NCBI GenBank assembly: GCA_965233585.1
Contig: CBDDTI010000746.1
Location: 320,001 to 384,000 of the forward strand
Length of the DNA: 64,000 nt
Reading direction: 5' to 3'
From: a bacterium
Lineage (GTDB): Bacteria > SAR324 > NAC60-12
Under the pieces are notes generated by a model. The model was given only the letters and a program-made list of their open reading frames with translations. It did not search any database and had not been told where the DNA came from. Made by a program: the position numbers and the translations under genes. Below are positions 39,387-50,250 of this stretch, piece by piece; position 1 is the stretch's first letter; every line of letters starts with the position of its first letter.

Positions 39387-40955
39387 ATGAGCTTATTATC
39401 TTATCAAAAAACTATCACCTTTTTTGTTTCGTTTGTCTTAGTCCTCACGTCTTTTGAAGTCTTTGGCAAAGATTCTGGCAAAAATGCCTTGTTCCCAACT
39501 TCCACAGTGATTAAATTGCAGGTGTATTTTTGGAAGCGGATTTATACAGATTTTTCAGTCAATGAAGGGGTGTTGCATGACAGACAATTAATCTTGCCTA
39601 TTTATGAACGTGTCCCACTTCATGGCTTGAGTCGTCGGCAGGTCAGTGATTTTATTGCACAGCGAAAACGTTCGGTTGCCCAGAAACTTCATCAACTAGC
39701 CGATGCCCTAGAAAAGAAGCAAACACTTTCACAAGACCAGCAAAATTTGTTGAGAAAGTTTTACAAAGGCGTCACTCCTAAAGTCTTGCGTGGTGCTTCG
39801 GGACGAATCCGTTTTCAAAGGGGATTGATGGAACGTTTTCGGCAGGGAATCGCACGTTCTGGTGCTTATCTCAAGCATTTTCGCCAAGTGTTCCAAAAGA
39901 GAAATCTGCCTGAAGAATTAGTTTTTTTGCCTCATGTAGAGTCTTCTTTTAACCCGATGGCAGTTTCACGGTCTGGTGCATTGGGTGTGTGGCAATTTAT
40001 GCGCAGAACAGGGGCAGAATTTATGACAGTCAACAACACGATTGACGAACGACGAGACCCCTGGATCGCCACAGAATCTGCCGCAAAACTCTTGCAAAGA
40101 AATTACGATGCACTGGGGTCATGGCCTCTTGCCATCACTGCTTACAATTACGGTCATAACGGGCTTAAACGGATTGTCAAGAGAATGCAGTCTTCTGATT
40201 TGGGATACTTAATTCGCTACTACCAATACCCCGCATTTGGATTTGCCGCAAAGAACTTTTATGCAGAATTTCTTGCCGCCAAAGAGGTTGCAGAGAATTA
40301 TCAACTTTATTTTGGTCACATTGAATTGGAAAAGCCCCCGACTTTTCGCATTGTCCGCTTGCCTAAAACTGCCTCTATTTACAAGATTGCCAAGCAGTTT
40401 GCTGTCCCCCCAAGAAAAATTTCTGAATACAATCTGGCGTTTCAAGCCTCCATCGTCAAGGGGAAGTCTTTCATTCCCAAAAACTATGCGGTCAAACTTC
40501 CTTTGAACCCTGAAAAATATCTTGTCCATGACACCATTCTCATCAAAAAAGGACACACGTTGTATGCTGTGGCAAGGCAGTGTGGTATGTCAGTCGCACA
40601 ATTTCAAAAACTCAACAACCTCAAAACTCAAACCATTCACCCGGGACAACGTTTCCAGTGTAGCCCCTCGAAACCCTCCAAAACTGCTCCTTCAATCGCT
40701 CAAAACTCACTCGTTCAAAAGCTAAGGCAGCCCCAAACAAAGAAGCCTTCAAACGTCATTAAAAAATCTTCAACTCCTAAAAAATCTGCAAATTTGACGC
40801 AAGCTAACTTGACCAAAACCATCATTGTTCAAAAAGGAGATACCCTGTATTCTCTGGCACGCAAGCATCGGATTCCTGTCAAAGACTTGATTGCACTCAA
40901 CCAGCTGGAACAATCTACCATCTACCCCGGTCAAGAAATTCTTGTCAAACTTTAA
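39387..40955 (+). CDS. MltD-like lytic transglycosylase with LysM domains
   Basis: VESSF, A.GVWQFM, AYNYG, LysM repeats (QKGDTLYSLA); start uncertain (39348 or 39387). Confidence 0.9.
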   Translation: MSLLSYQKTITFFVSFVLVLTSFEVFGKDSGKNALFPTSTVIKLQVYFWKRIYTDFSVNEGVLHDRQLILPIYERVPLHGLSRRQVSDFIAQRKRSVAQKLHQLADALEKKQTLSQDQQNLLRKFYKGVTPKVLRGASGRIRFQRGLMERFRQGIARSGAYLKHFRQVFQKRNLPEELVFLPHVESSFNPMAVSRSGALGVWQFMRRTGAEFMTVNNTIDERRDPWIATESAAKLLQRNYDALGSWPLAITAYNYGHNGLKRIVKRMQSSDLGYLIRYYQYPAFGFAAKNFYAEFLAAKEVAENYQLYFGHIELEKPPTFRIVRLPKTASIYKIAKQFAVPPRKISEYNLAFQASIVKGKSFIPKNYAVKLPLNPEKYLVHDTILIKKGHTLYAVARQCGMSVAQFQKLNNLKTQTIHPGQRFQCSPSKPSKTAPSIAQNSLVQKLRQPQTKKPSNVIKKSSTPKKSANLTQANLTKTIIVQKGDTLYSLARKHRIPVKDLIALNQLEQSTIYPGQEILVKL

Positions 40956-41782
40956 AAAATGGCAAGTTCGCTGTAGGCACCGAGTAGATGATATTCAAAT
41001 TTTTTAATCCGCATGACTTCAAGGCAGTCTTGAATCCTTTCTGAATTAAACAAATCTATGAAAAAGACGTAATTCCAAGCAGTTTGTTTGGAAGGGCGTG
41101 ATTCTAACCTGCACAAATTAATTTCAAACAGATGAAAGATGCTTAACAAGTCATAAAGCAAGCCCGGTCTGTCGTTTGGGAATCTGACTTGAATAGATGT
41201 TTTTTTGTGTGAAAAATCGGGTTGTTCTTCCTGAAGACGAGGTTTGATGAGAATGAAGCGGGTCGTGTTGTGTTGATAATCTTGGATTTGAGAATGCGAA
41301 ATATAGTGGGGGACTCCTTTGGCAAAAGAGGGCGGGACAATGGCGGCAACCTCTTTGTTTTGATTGATGCACTCCAGAAAAAGTTGCCCTGATGCCACAT
41401 TGCTTGCTGTCAGTTCAATGCTGGCATGGGGAAGATGCTTTGCCAAAAATTCTCTGGTCTGCCCTCCCGCTTGTTCATGGGTGAACACTTTTTGAACAAG
41501 TGCTAACGGAACAAGAGACAAAAGCTCATAACTGACGGGTCTGTTGAGTTCTCCACAGATGACAAAATCTTCACTCACCAACAAATCTTGCACAGCTGTT
41601 ACAACTCCCTCTACTGAATTTTCAATGGGAACCATGGCATGGCATCGCTTGGATTTGGCAAGCAACAATGTTTCAATCAGGGTGGAGGCATACTGAATTT
41701 GTGAGGCTTGCGGAACAATCAATCTTGTTGCCTCATCGCTAAAAGTCCCCGGCGGTCCTAGCGTGATGACGTGTTCTAACAT
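40952..41782 (-). CDS. pheA: Prephenate dehydratase (PDT plus ACT)
   Basis: LGPPGTFS, PIENSVEG, NTTRF, LESRPS. Confidence 0.93.
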   Translation of the reverse strand: MLEHVITLGPPGTFSDEATRLIVPQASQIQYASTLIETLLLAKSKRCHAMVPIENSVEGVVTAVQDLLVSEDFVICGELNRPVSYELLSLVPLALVQKVFTHEQAGGQTREFLAKHLPHASIELTASNVASGQLFLECINQNKEVAAIVPPSFAKGVPHYISHSQIQDYQHNTTRFILIKPRLQEEQPDFSHKKTSIQVRFPNDRPGLLYDLLSIFHLFEINLCRLESRPSKQTAWNYVFFIDLFNSERIQDCLEVMRIKKFEYHLLGAYSELAIF

Positions 41783-42049
41783 TTTTCTAAAAAATTATTG
41801 TCTAAAAAATTAATTTCTAAAATTTCTAAAAAATCGTTGAGTTGAGGGGGTTGATGGTAGATGTTCAATAAAGAACGTTTGGAAGTTAAGAAAAATTTCA
41901 TTTGCCCGTCATTGTAGCACTTGATGCCGAACCTTTCTAGGAAGGTAGAATCAAGAAACCTTCAGTCGTTGAATGCCTTGAGTTATGAGGCAAGCAGTGG
42001 TATAGTGCTTGTCTTTTAAGTTTTTTAATCAAAAAGAGAAGGAACAAAC

Positions 42050-43612
42050 ATGACAGGAAGTGAACAGCGAGAAAAATTACAAAGGTAAATTTGGCAAATT
42101 GCTAACGAGGTCAGAGGGGCAGTTGATGGCTGGGATTTTAAGCAATATGTGCTTGGCACGTTGTTTTATCGCTTTATCAGCGAACACTTTGCCAGCTATA
42201 TTGAAGCAGGCGATAAAAGCATCAATTATGCTGAAACTTCTGACAGCGTCATCACAACAGCCATCAAAAACGATGCCATTCAAACCAAAGGTTATTTTAT
42301 CTATCCAAGCCGGCTTTTTGCTAATGTTGTCAACAATGCTGACACTAACGGCAGCCTCAATACCGACTTAGCCAACATCTTCAGCCAGATTGAAAACTCT
42401 GCTACTGGTTACCCTTCTGAACAACACATCAAAGGGTTATTTGCTGATTTTGACACCACCAGCAACCGCTTAGGGGGTACAGTGCAAGCCAAGAATGAAC
42501 GTTTGGCGAAGGTCTTGAAAGGGGTAGCAGGTTTAAGATTAGATGATTTTCAAGGCAATCAAATTGACCTCTTCGGTGATGCTTATGAGTTTTTAATCCA
42601 CAACTACGCCGCCAATGCAGGTAAGTCAGGAGGTGAGTTTTTTACTCCGCAAAATGTCTCTAAATTGATTGCACAGCTTGCCATGCACGGGAAAGATGAG
42701 ACAAACAAAGTCAACAAAATCTATGACCCCGCTTGCGGTTCTGGCTCATTACTGCTACAAGCCAAAAAGCAGTTTGATGAGCATCTTGTAGAAGATGGCT
42801 TTTTTGGTCAAGAGATTAATCACACGACTTACAACCTTGCCCGTATGAACATGTTCTTGCATAACATCAATTACGACAAGTTTCACATTCAGCAAGGCAA
42901 CACTTTAACAAGCCCATATTTTGGCAACGACAAACCTTTTGACGCCATTGTTTCAAATCCTCCCTATTCTATCAAATGGGTTGGTTCTGATGACCCGACC
43001 TTGATTAATGACGACCGCTTTGCTCCTGCAGGCGTTCTTGCTCCCAAGTCCAAAGCAGATTTTGCTTTTATCATGCACGCTTTAAGTTACTTGTCAGCCA
43101 AGGGAAGGGCTGCCATTGTCTGCTTTCCCGGTATCTTTTACCGCGGCGGTGCAGAGCAGAAAATCCGTCAGTATTTAGTGGACATGAACCACGTTGAAAC
43201 CGTCATCGCCCTTGCTCCTAATTTATTTTACGGCACTTCTATTGCCGTGACTATTTTAGTGCTTGCCAAAAATAAAATTGACACAAACATTCAATTCATT
43301 GATGCCAGCGGCGAACAATTTTTCAAAAAAGGAACCAACAATAATGTCCTGACCGATGAGTATATAAAGCAGCTTATTGAGCTATTTGCCAACAAAAAAG
43401 ACGTGCCGCATATTGCCCAATCCGTTACTTTAGAGGCTATCAAAGCCAACGACTACAACCTATCAGTCGCAAGCTATGTAGAAGCCAAAGACACCCGCGA
43501 AGTCATTGACATTACAATGCTCAATGCTGACTTAAAAAATACCGTTGCTAAGATTGACAATTTACGCACTGATATTGACGCCATCGTTGCAGAGATTGAG
43601 GGGGAAGCATAA
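42050..43612 (+). pseudogene. hsdM: Type I R-M methyltransferase subunit M with TAA at codon 13 (an internal restart at 42149 is possible)
   Basis: AAGGA RBS and ATG at 42050: [55 protein letters not shown]. Confidence 0.88.
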
Positions 43613-43640
43613 CCGAGAGCTAAACATCAAAGACTAAACC

Positions 43641-44687
43641 ATGACCAAAGAACTACAATTTTTCATCTACCAAACCTCAGACGAAAGCATCACCGTTGAT
43701 GTAATGATGCAAGACGAGACCATTTGGCTAAGCCAAAGACAAATGGGGGAGTTGTTTGGGATTGACCGTACAGGCATTAGCAGACATTTAAAAAATATTT
43801 TTGAATCGGGAGAATTGGACGAAAAAGTGGTCTGTGCAAATTTTACACATACCACTCAACATGGTGCAATTCAGGGGAAAACCCAAGACAGAAATGTCAC
43901 TTATTACAACCTAGATGCAATCATTTCCCTTGGCTATCGGGTCAACTCTGCTAAAGCCACCCAATTTAGAATCTGGGCAACGGGCGTTTTAAAGGAATAC
44001 ATCAAAAAGGGTTTTGTCTTAGATGACGAACGTCTCAAGCAAGGTGAATCTGTTTTTGGCAAAGATTATTTTCGTGAACTCTTAGACCGCATTCGTTCCA
44101 TTCGCAGCAGCGAACGCAGAATCTGGCAACAAATCACTGACATCTTTGCTGAATGCAGTCTGGACTATGACAAAAATTCTCAAATTACCCACGATTTTTA
44201 TGCGATGGTTCAAAATAAATTTCATTTTGCCATCACTGGGCAAACAGCGGCAGAAATTGTCTATTCCAACGCAGACCAAAATCAAGAAAATATGGGATTA
44301 AAAACATGGAAAAACGCCCCTGACGGACGCATTCTAAAATCTGATGTAACCATTGCCAAAAATTATCTATCAGAAAAAGAAATCAAACAATTAGAACGTA
44401 CCGTAACAGGATATTTTGATTATGTAGAGGATTTGGTAGAGCGGGAAAATACCTTCACTATGCAACAATTTGCTGACAGCATCAACGCCTTTCTAGCATT
44501 TAGACAATATAAGATTTTATCAGGCAAAGGAACAATATCTAAAAAGCAAGCAGATTTAAAAGCAGGTGAAGCATACAATGCTTTTAATAAAACCCAAAAA
44601 ATCAACTCTGACTTTGACAAAACCATCAAAGCCATTAAAAACAAAACTGCCAAAAATAACACCACAAATACAGATGAACAATCATAA
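43641..44687 (+). CDS. RhuM family (virulence_RhuM) DNA-binding protein
   Basis: ETIWLSQ, YNLDAIISLGYRVNS, FRIWAT, VQNKFHFAITGQTAAE. Confidence 0.9.
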   Translation: MTKELQFFIYQTSDESITVDVMMQDETIWLSQRQMGELFGIDRTGISRHLKNIFESGELDEKVVCANFTHTTQHGAIQGKTQDRNVTYYNLDAIISLGYRVNSAKATQFRIWATGVLKEYIKKGFVLDDERLKQGESVFGKDYFRELLDRIRSIRSSERRIWQQITDIFAECSLDYDKNSQITHDFYAMVQNKFHFAITGQTAAEIVYSNADQNQENMGLKTWKNAPDGRILKSDVTIAKNYLSEKEIKQLERTVTGYFDYVEDLVERENTFTMQQFADSINAFLAFRQYKILSGKGTISKKQADLKAGEAYNAFNKTQKINSDFDKTIKAIKNKTAKNNTTNTDEQS

Positions 44688-44765
44688 AATCTCAGAGAAC
44701 TTTGCACAAATAGACACACAAGAACTAGAAATCAATTTATTATCACAAAAATTGAGGGAGGTAAT

Positions 44766-45098
44766 ATGTACTTTCTTGTAGAACATAACCGAGACACCAA
44801 GCACACTGAAGTTGGGGAATTTACAGATTTTGATGAGGCAAAGAAGCAATTCTTTAAACGAGAACAACATTATTTGCAACAGGGGCAAGATGAAATGGAA
44901 GTTGTCCTTTTTGAATCAGAGTCACTAGATACTTTAACGGCAACACATAGTCGCTATTTTGTCAATGACTATGAAAAAAATAATGAAAAAAAAGGAGGCA
45001 AAATAGGCGATGCTCTGATAGCAACAGGCGTTGCTTTCATAGCAGTTGGTTTAGTCTCATTAGCCGTTGGAATCCTTACTAAACATTTAGACGAGTAA
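44766..45098 (+). CDS. Hypothetical protein with a C-terminal TM helix
   Basis: GGAGG RBS; 110-aa ORF. Confidence 0.7.
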   Translation: MYFLVEHNRDTKHTEVGEFTDFDEAKKQFFKREQHYLQQGQDEMEVVLFESESLDTLTATHSRYFVNDYEKNNEKKGGKIGDALIATGVAFIAVGLVSLAVGILTKHLDE

Positions 45099-45132
45099 AA
45101 TATCTCAAATTTTTTCAAACCGCTCATTGCCG

Positions 45133-45596
45133 ATGGTCTTACCTAACAAACTCAACCTTGCCAATCAAGTTGACCTTGCCAAAGCAGAAGAAAAAATCGG
45201 CAAACAACAGGCAAAAAAGCTCTTTGATTCTGGTGAAATAGACAAGGTAGAAGTTGGCACTTTCAAAGGGTTGGCGTGCATTCACGCTTATTTGTTTGGT
45301 CAAATCTATGACTTTGCAGGCATCATGCGCACCGTCAACCTCAGCAAAGGCGACTTCCGCTTTGCACCTGTCATATATCTCCAACAAGCCTTACAACATA
45401 TTGACCAAATGCCTCAACACACCTTTGACCAAATCATTCAAAAATATGTTGAGATGAACATCGCCCACCCTTTCCGTGAAGGCAACGGACGCACAACACG
45501 CATCTGTCTTGACCTCATGCTTAAAAAACACCTCAAACAAGTCATTGATTGGAACGCCATAGACAAAGACGACTACCTTTCTGCCATGCAACGAAG
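45133..45596 (+). pseudogene. fic: Fic-domain AMPylase truncated by IS1
   Basis: [12 protein letters not shown] motif; the reading frame runs into the IS end after AMQR. Confidence 0.88.
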
Positions 45597-46367
45597 GCAG
45601 TGTTCACTTGATATTGGCATGATATTTTTCAAACCTTTTATAGTCAAAGAAGAGTTGTAGAGAGTGTTCCAGCATGTCAAAAGTTTTGGAATGTCGTTTA
45701 GATTTTCTCATCAAGCGAGCTAGGTTATCTCTGATGGAAGAATTAGAAGATTCAATGAGATGAGTGTTGTCCTTGCCTATCTGATGCTTTTGTGGAATTT
45801 GGAGTTGTGCAAATGCCACTTGATAGCATGAGTTGGCATCTGTATAAATCGTTTCAATTCTAGCTCGTTGTGCTTTGACTAGTGCATACAGCTGCTTTGC
45901 TGCTGCTAATCCTTTGCCTATCACAAAGGCAATCACACATTGTTCTTGACGAGAATAGGCTGTCCAAACAGCTACTCTTTGGCTTTTTTTTGAACAAAAG
46001 TGTAGATCTCATCCATCTCTATACTATCTACTTGTGCATGGAAACTTGGTGCGTCTTTTGGAAGTTGAGACACTCTAGCTTTTTTGATCCAGTTGACAAT
46101 TGAAGCGGGAGACACCTGCAAAAAACGAGCGATCTTTCTGATGCCTACACTATTGACATACATCTCTAAGGCTTGACGCTTGGTCTCTAGTGGGATTCTC
46201 AAACCATTTGAGGTGAATGCTCTCTGACATGACTTGCAACGATACCTCTGAACCCCTTTGTAACTTCCATTCTTGATATAAGTCTGACTCCCACAATGAT
46301 GACAACTTCTCATTTCCATTCCTCAAATTCACTCTCACATGCAATGACAATACCAACTAAACACTGC
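45597..46367 (-). mobile_element. IS1-family element (distinct from the first), no target duplication
   Basis: IRs GCAGTGTTCACTTGATATTGGCAT / GCAGTGTTTAGTTGGTATTGTCAT; flanks are not duplicated. Confidence 0.9.
45604..46319 (-). CDS. insAB: IS1-family transposase (InsA/InsB, -1 frameshift)
   Basis: [18 protein letters not shown]8 run at 45984-45991; -1 frame [10 protein letters not shown]..., [13 protein letters not shown]. Confidence 0.9.
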
Positions 46368-46504
46368 TCCTTAGCAGTGGCTTACTCACGTCAAGCAAGG
46401 TAATTTTATTTTGGCAGATTCCCAAATTGGGAGAAACAATAAAAGATTTTGCAAGAAAGAGAATTAGGCAAGAGGTAGTTTTTGAGATTAGTGTTGCATT
46501 TGTC

Positions 46505-47071
46505 TCACATTTTATTCACCTTAAAAATGAGAAGGGATAAGGATTTATCAAAGCTTTGATAAATCTTCTCTTGTTTTTTCTGTTGAAGTATTGTGTATTT
46601 AAACCCTTTTTCCTGAAAACTTCCGCCAGTGACAATGTTTTTGTACTGGTAACGGAAGTTTTTTATCTCTTCAAACTCCTTTTGAAAGATATTTTTGTGA
46701 GAATACTCAGATAGTGTAATTATTGTATCAAGTTGGTGTGCGATAGTAGTAAATAAGTGAATCAAATGGGATTCCCTGTCTTTTGAAACTGCTGACTTTC
46801 GCACACATTCTGTGACAACACGATTGACACTTGTAACAGTTTCTTGCAGTGTTTCAATTTTTCGGATGATAACATTTTTTTCACTTCGCTTATTGTGCAT
46901 ACTTTTTTCTAGAAAGTTTGGAATATAAACAGCTAGAAAAATTGTGACGAGTAATGTCGCAAACTCTACAATGTCAATTTGTTCTTCAAAGGGGAAAGCT
47001 GGGTAGTAATGTTGCGTCCCTACTCCAATAACAATACCTAATAGCAGACTTACGATAATAAGTTTTGTCAT
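46505..47071 (-). CDS. Two-TM membrane protein with a helical C-terminal domain
   Basis: Two hydrophobic N-terminal segments; TAATG overlap with the upstream gene. Confidence 0.75.
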   Translation of the reverse strand: MTKLIIVSLLLGIVIGVGTQHYYPAFPFEEQIDIVEFATLLVTIFLAVYIPNFLEKSMHNKRSEKNVIIRKIETLQETVTSVNRVVTECVRKSAVSKDRESHLIHLFTTIAHQLDTIITLSEYSHKNIFQKEFEEIKNFRYQYKNIVTGGSFQEKGFKYTILQQKKQEKIYQSFDKSLSLLIFKVNKM

Positions 47072-47400
47072 TAGGCATTAGCTTCTTTGATATATTCAGT
47101 TATATCTCCTTCTAAAAAAGGATCATCTTTTGATTTAAATTCTAAATTAGCGAGAACGATTTTCCAATCCTTATATTCTCTTACTAATCCGCCAAAAGCC
47201 GCCTCCAAAAATGAAGTGGCATACCCAGCTGTATCATCAAGATCAATAAACACCTTTTTCTTTTCGGAAAGAGCTTGCTTAAACTTTGGAAGGAGGATTC
47301 TTGATAGAAACTCTTCACCTGAGTAATCACCTTCTTCTGATTCCCGTACACCCGGAGTCGTCGTGTAATCATACGCTATTTTGATAGTTATTTTATCCAT
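47071..47400 (-). CDS. DUF4325-like STAS (anti-anti-sigma-like) protein
   Basis: PG.R....G.YSGEEF and IDLDDTAGYATSFLEAAFGGL. Confidence 0.8.
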   Translation of the reverse strand: MDKITIKIAYDYTTTPGVRESEEGDYSGEEFLSRILLPKFKQALSEKKKVFIDLDDTAGYATSFLEAAFGGLVREYKDWKIVLANLEFKSKDDPFLEGDITEYIKEANA

Positions 47401-48371
47401 TTGTTTGTTTTGTTTAATTCCCAATAAATAAATGTCCCACTAAATTCTTTTGATAGCTTTTCATACTTTCCCATGCTTAAATCAGCCTTGACATCATTTG
47501 AGACAATTTTTAGGTTACTGTAGGCATTTCTTTTTGATGCTCCCAGATAAATACTCGGTAATCCCTTTCCTCTATAACGAAGCTGCGTACTCGACATTTT
47601 ACGACCCTCAATGATTTTCTTCAATACCTCCCGATTATCGGTAAAACCGAAACGATCAGTCAATTTCTCTTTAAGAGATATCACTTTTTTAGTCTTAAAA
47701 ATACCTACTCCCATATCAACGAAAGCGAAAGACGCCTTCTTGGCAGATTCATTATAATAAACAGTTAACCACCATGTTTCATGTCCAACCTGATCTGGCT
47801 TTGCATGGTAACACGTATTTGCCATACACTCCATCAATGCTCTATAAACACCTTGACACCTAGCTTCATGATCAAAAACAAATTTAGTTGTTTGTTTTAT
47901 AATTTCATTAGCTATAGCTCCGTCTGCTTTCTTATTTTGCTGAGTAAGAATGTAGTTTTTGTGTTTGTTCTTTGTATTCGCACCAAAAATCCCACTTTCT
48001 ATAAAAATTCTCCTCAGTTTTTTCTTTCTTGGAGAATTACCTTGTATTGACACGCCTTGCTTAATTGAGAGGCTCTGGACAGTTGCAAGCAATAAGACAA
48101 TAGCATCATTAGTTAGTTTATCAATACTTTTAAGGTCTATGAGTACCGATACGTCTTTATCAATATGGGAACGAATTTTTTTCAGGTAGGAAATCACCCC
48201 TGCGGTATTTTCAATAAATGAAAAGTTGCGTGGTGCAGGCAGTTTTTTAAAATGGTCGGTAGATTGACGTGTTTTGTTACGTCTTTTTTTACTTAATCGT
48301 TGTTTTAAACAATCTTTAGCGTGTTTGGTATTGCGTTTTTTGTACTCATCCGTTGAGTAAAGTTTTTTCAC
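47388..48371 (-). CDS. STAS-like plus GHKL (HATPase_c) kinase-like protein
   Basis: IDLKSIDKL STAS-like strand; N box ECMANTCYHA, G1 DMGVGI, G2 RGKGL, terminal GT; no HisKA seen. Confidence 0.75.
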   Translation of the reverse strand: MKKLYSTDEYKKRNTKHAKDCLKQRLSKKRRNKTRQSTDHFKKLPAPRNFSFIENTAGVISYLKKIRSHIDKDVSVLIDLKSIDKLTNDAIVLLLATVQSLSIKQGVSIQGNSPRKKKLRRIFIESGIFGANTKNKHKNYILTQQNKKADGAIANEIIKQTTKFVFDHEARCQGVYRALMECMANTCYHAKPDQVGHETWWLTVYYNESAKKASFAFVDMGVGIFKTKKVISLKEKLTDRFGFTDNREVLKKIIEGRKMSSTQLRYRGKGLPSIYLGASKRNAYSNLKIVSNDVKADLSMGKYEKLSKEFSGTFIYWELNKTNKWIK

Positions 48372-48602
48372 AACTAAATTTCTTCGCTACCCTTCAACCT
48401 CATAACGCCTGCTATTCCACACACCAGCTAACACACTCTATCATTTAAGAAATGATAGATTCAACCGAAAAAATCTTTTTTGAACACCAAAGCCCCAATA
48501 CACAGGCGCAGCTGATACAGTAGCAAGAGTATTTGAGTTTCTTGATGCAACCGTCCCAAATCTTTATTAATCCTGATGCTGTCAGAGGAATAGGTAATGA
48601 CT

Positions 48603-49286
48603 TCAAAATTTGGTTTTGAGCTTTAAAGAGATGCGGGCTTTGTCTACGTAAGGAGTAAGAGAATACTTTGAGGTGTGGTCTGTCAAAAAGTATAAGGCAG
48701 AAGAGCCAATCAAAGCACCTGCAACAACATCATCGTTCAGTGATTGTTGAGCTTGGACTGGACGGGATTTGATACGATTTTTGTCAGTGTGAGGAATAGA
48801 TGAATAGTCTGAATGGTTGTCGGTCAAAAAATAGGCAGAAGCCGAACCAATCAAAGCACCTGCAACAACATCAATGAGAAAGTGTTTTTTGGCATAGACA
48901 CGGCTGAATGCTGTGAAAGTAGCCGCAAGGTAAGGGATTTCAGCCGCTTGAAATCCGTAGCGAACATGTAAATAAGTGGCACTGTGAAAAGTCATGGACG
49001 TATGTGCAGAAGGGAACGATTCTTCATCTGATTGGTCTGGACGTTCTTTGTCAATGGCTTTTTTCAAACCAAACGTGACTAGTGCATTAACTCCCAGAGA
49101 TTTGAACCACATCATGCCTCCTTCTTCATCTCCTTTGTCCAAACTACTGCCTATCGCCCATGCTGGCAAGGTCACAAGAATCACATCACCTGCTCGCTGT
49201 ATGCTACCTTTCTCGGATTCTTGTGCGAAAGTTAACGACACAAATAATGACGTTATCAGGGTAAGAATACTAAATTTTTGATACAT
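48603..49286 (-). CDS. PAP2 family phosphatase (LpxE-like)
   Basis: K.....ERP, SFPSAH, SRVYAKKH..DV. Confidence 0.88.
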   Translation of the reverse strand: MYQKFSILTLITSLFVSLTFAQESEKGSIQRAGDVILVTLPAWAIGSSLDKGDEEGGMMWFKSLGVNALVTFGLKKAIDKERPDQSDEESFPSAHTSMTFHSATYLHVRYGFQAAEIPYLAATFTAFSRVYAKKHFLIDVVAGALIGSASAYFLTDNHSDYSSIPHTDKNRIKSRPVQAQQSLNDDVVAGALIGSSALYFLTDHTSKYSLTPYVDKARISLKLKTKF

Positions 49287-49380
49287 GATTGACCCAACAA
49301 AGAAAAATAAATCTCCCGATTATAAAACATCTGAAAAGATTGTCAATGTCTATCTATTAGACAAATTTTTGAACGAACGG

Positions 49381-50250
49381 TTACCTTGCTTGTGACATTT
49401 GTAAAAATTGTCCTATGGAATACACCGCCAAGCCACACCATATCAAAACAAAGGAAACCAGTAAGTCTGTGTTTAAAGGTTGCTTGAACCAGAAAAGACC
49501 TTCTAAGAATTGTAGTGATGGGGTCAGGTAGCTGATTAATCCTAAATGAGCTAAAGGTATAAGCCTTGAAATTGATGCAAAAATGATCAATGGCAAAATG
49601 GTGATTCCCCCGCCAATCAACAACAGTAAGATGTCATAACGATTTGTGCCAAAAACTGGCTCACCATTGAAAAACATGAAGACTAGAGTTATCAAAAAAA
49701 ATGGTGCAATCGTCATCATCTCTACGGTGAAACAAACACGCACGTCACCTTTTGAGGTTTTTCGCAAGACGCTATAAGCACAAAGCGACCCTGCCAACCC
49801 GATTGCAATCCATGAGAAACTCCCTATTTTTAAAACTTGATAGCCCAGAGAAAGTGATGCACAAAGAATCGCAAAGGTCAGGTTCCACCTCAGCTTTTCC
49901 TGAAAAAACACAATTCCAATCAGCATGTTTAAAAGCGGTAAAATGAAGTATCCCATGCTGACTTCCAACACATAGCCTTGCTCCAAAGCGGCTAAAAAAA
50001 TCAGCCAATTTGTTGCAATCAAAACCCCGCAACCCATATTGGTTAAGACACTTTTTTTGTCTTTTAAGTGCAGTTCTTTCAGCCGACCAATGCTTTTTAA
50101 AATCATAAGCATTAAACATGTGGCAACCAACCCCCTGTACATTAGAATCACCAGAGGCGGAAGATGTTTCATCAACGTAAAATAAAGAGGAAAGAATCCC
50201 CACATCAAGAATCCAGAGAAGGCTAAAAGGTAAACTCGCATGCAATTCAA
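49381..50250 (-). CDS. rarD: EamA-family RarD permease
   Basis: WG.FPLYF, NWLIF, SMGYFILPL, YLTPSLQF. Confidence 0.85.
   Translation of the reverse strand: MNCMRVYLLAFSGFLMWGFFPLYFTLMKHLPPLVILMYRGLVATCLMLMILKSIGRLKELHLKDKKSVLTNMGCGVLIATNWLIFLAALEQGYVLEVSMGYFILPLLNMLIGIVFFQEKLRWNLTFAILCASLSLGYQVLKIGSFSWIAIGLAGSLCAYSVLRKTSKGDVRVCFTVEMMTIAPFFLITLVFMFFNGEPVFGTNRYDILLLLIGGGITILPLIIFASISRLIPLAHLGLISYLTPSLQFLEGLFWFKQPLNTDLLVSFVLIWCGLAVYSIGQFLQMSQAR

Noticed and set aside
4364..42088. Stop-codon reassignment explaining the in-frame stops
   Set aside because: The lesions involve all three stop codons, and TGA, TAG and TAA each terminate intact core genes (for example mutY and speA TGA, gatA TAG, metK TAA).
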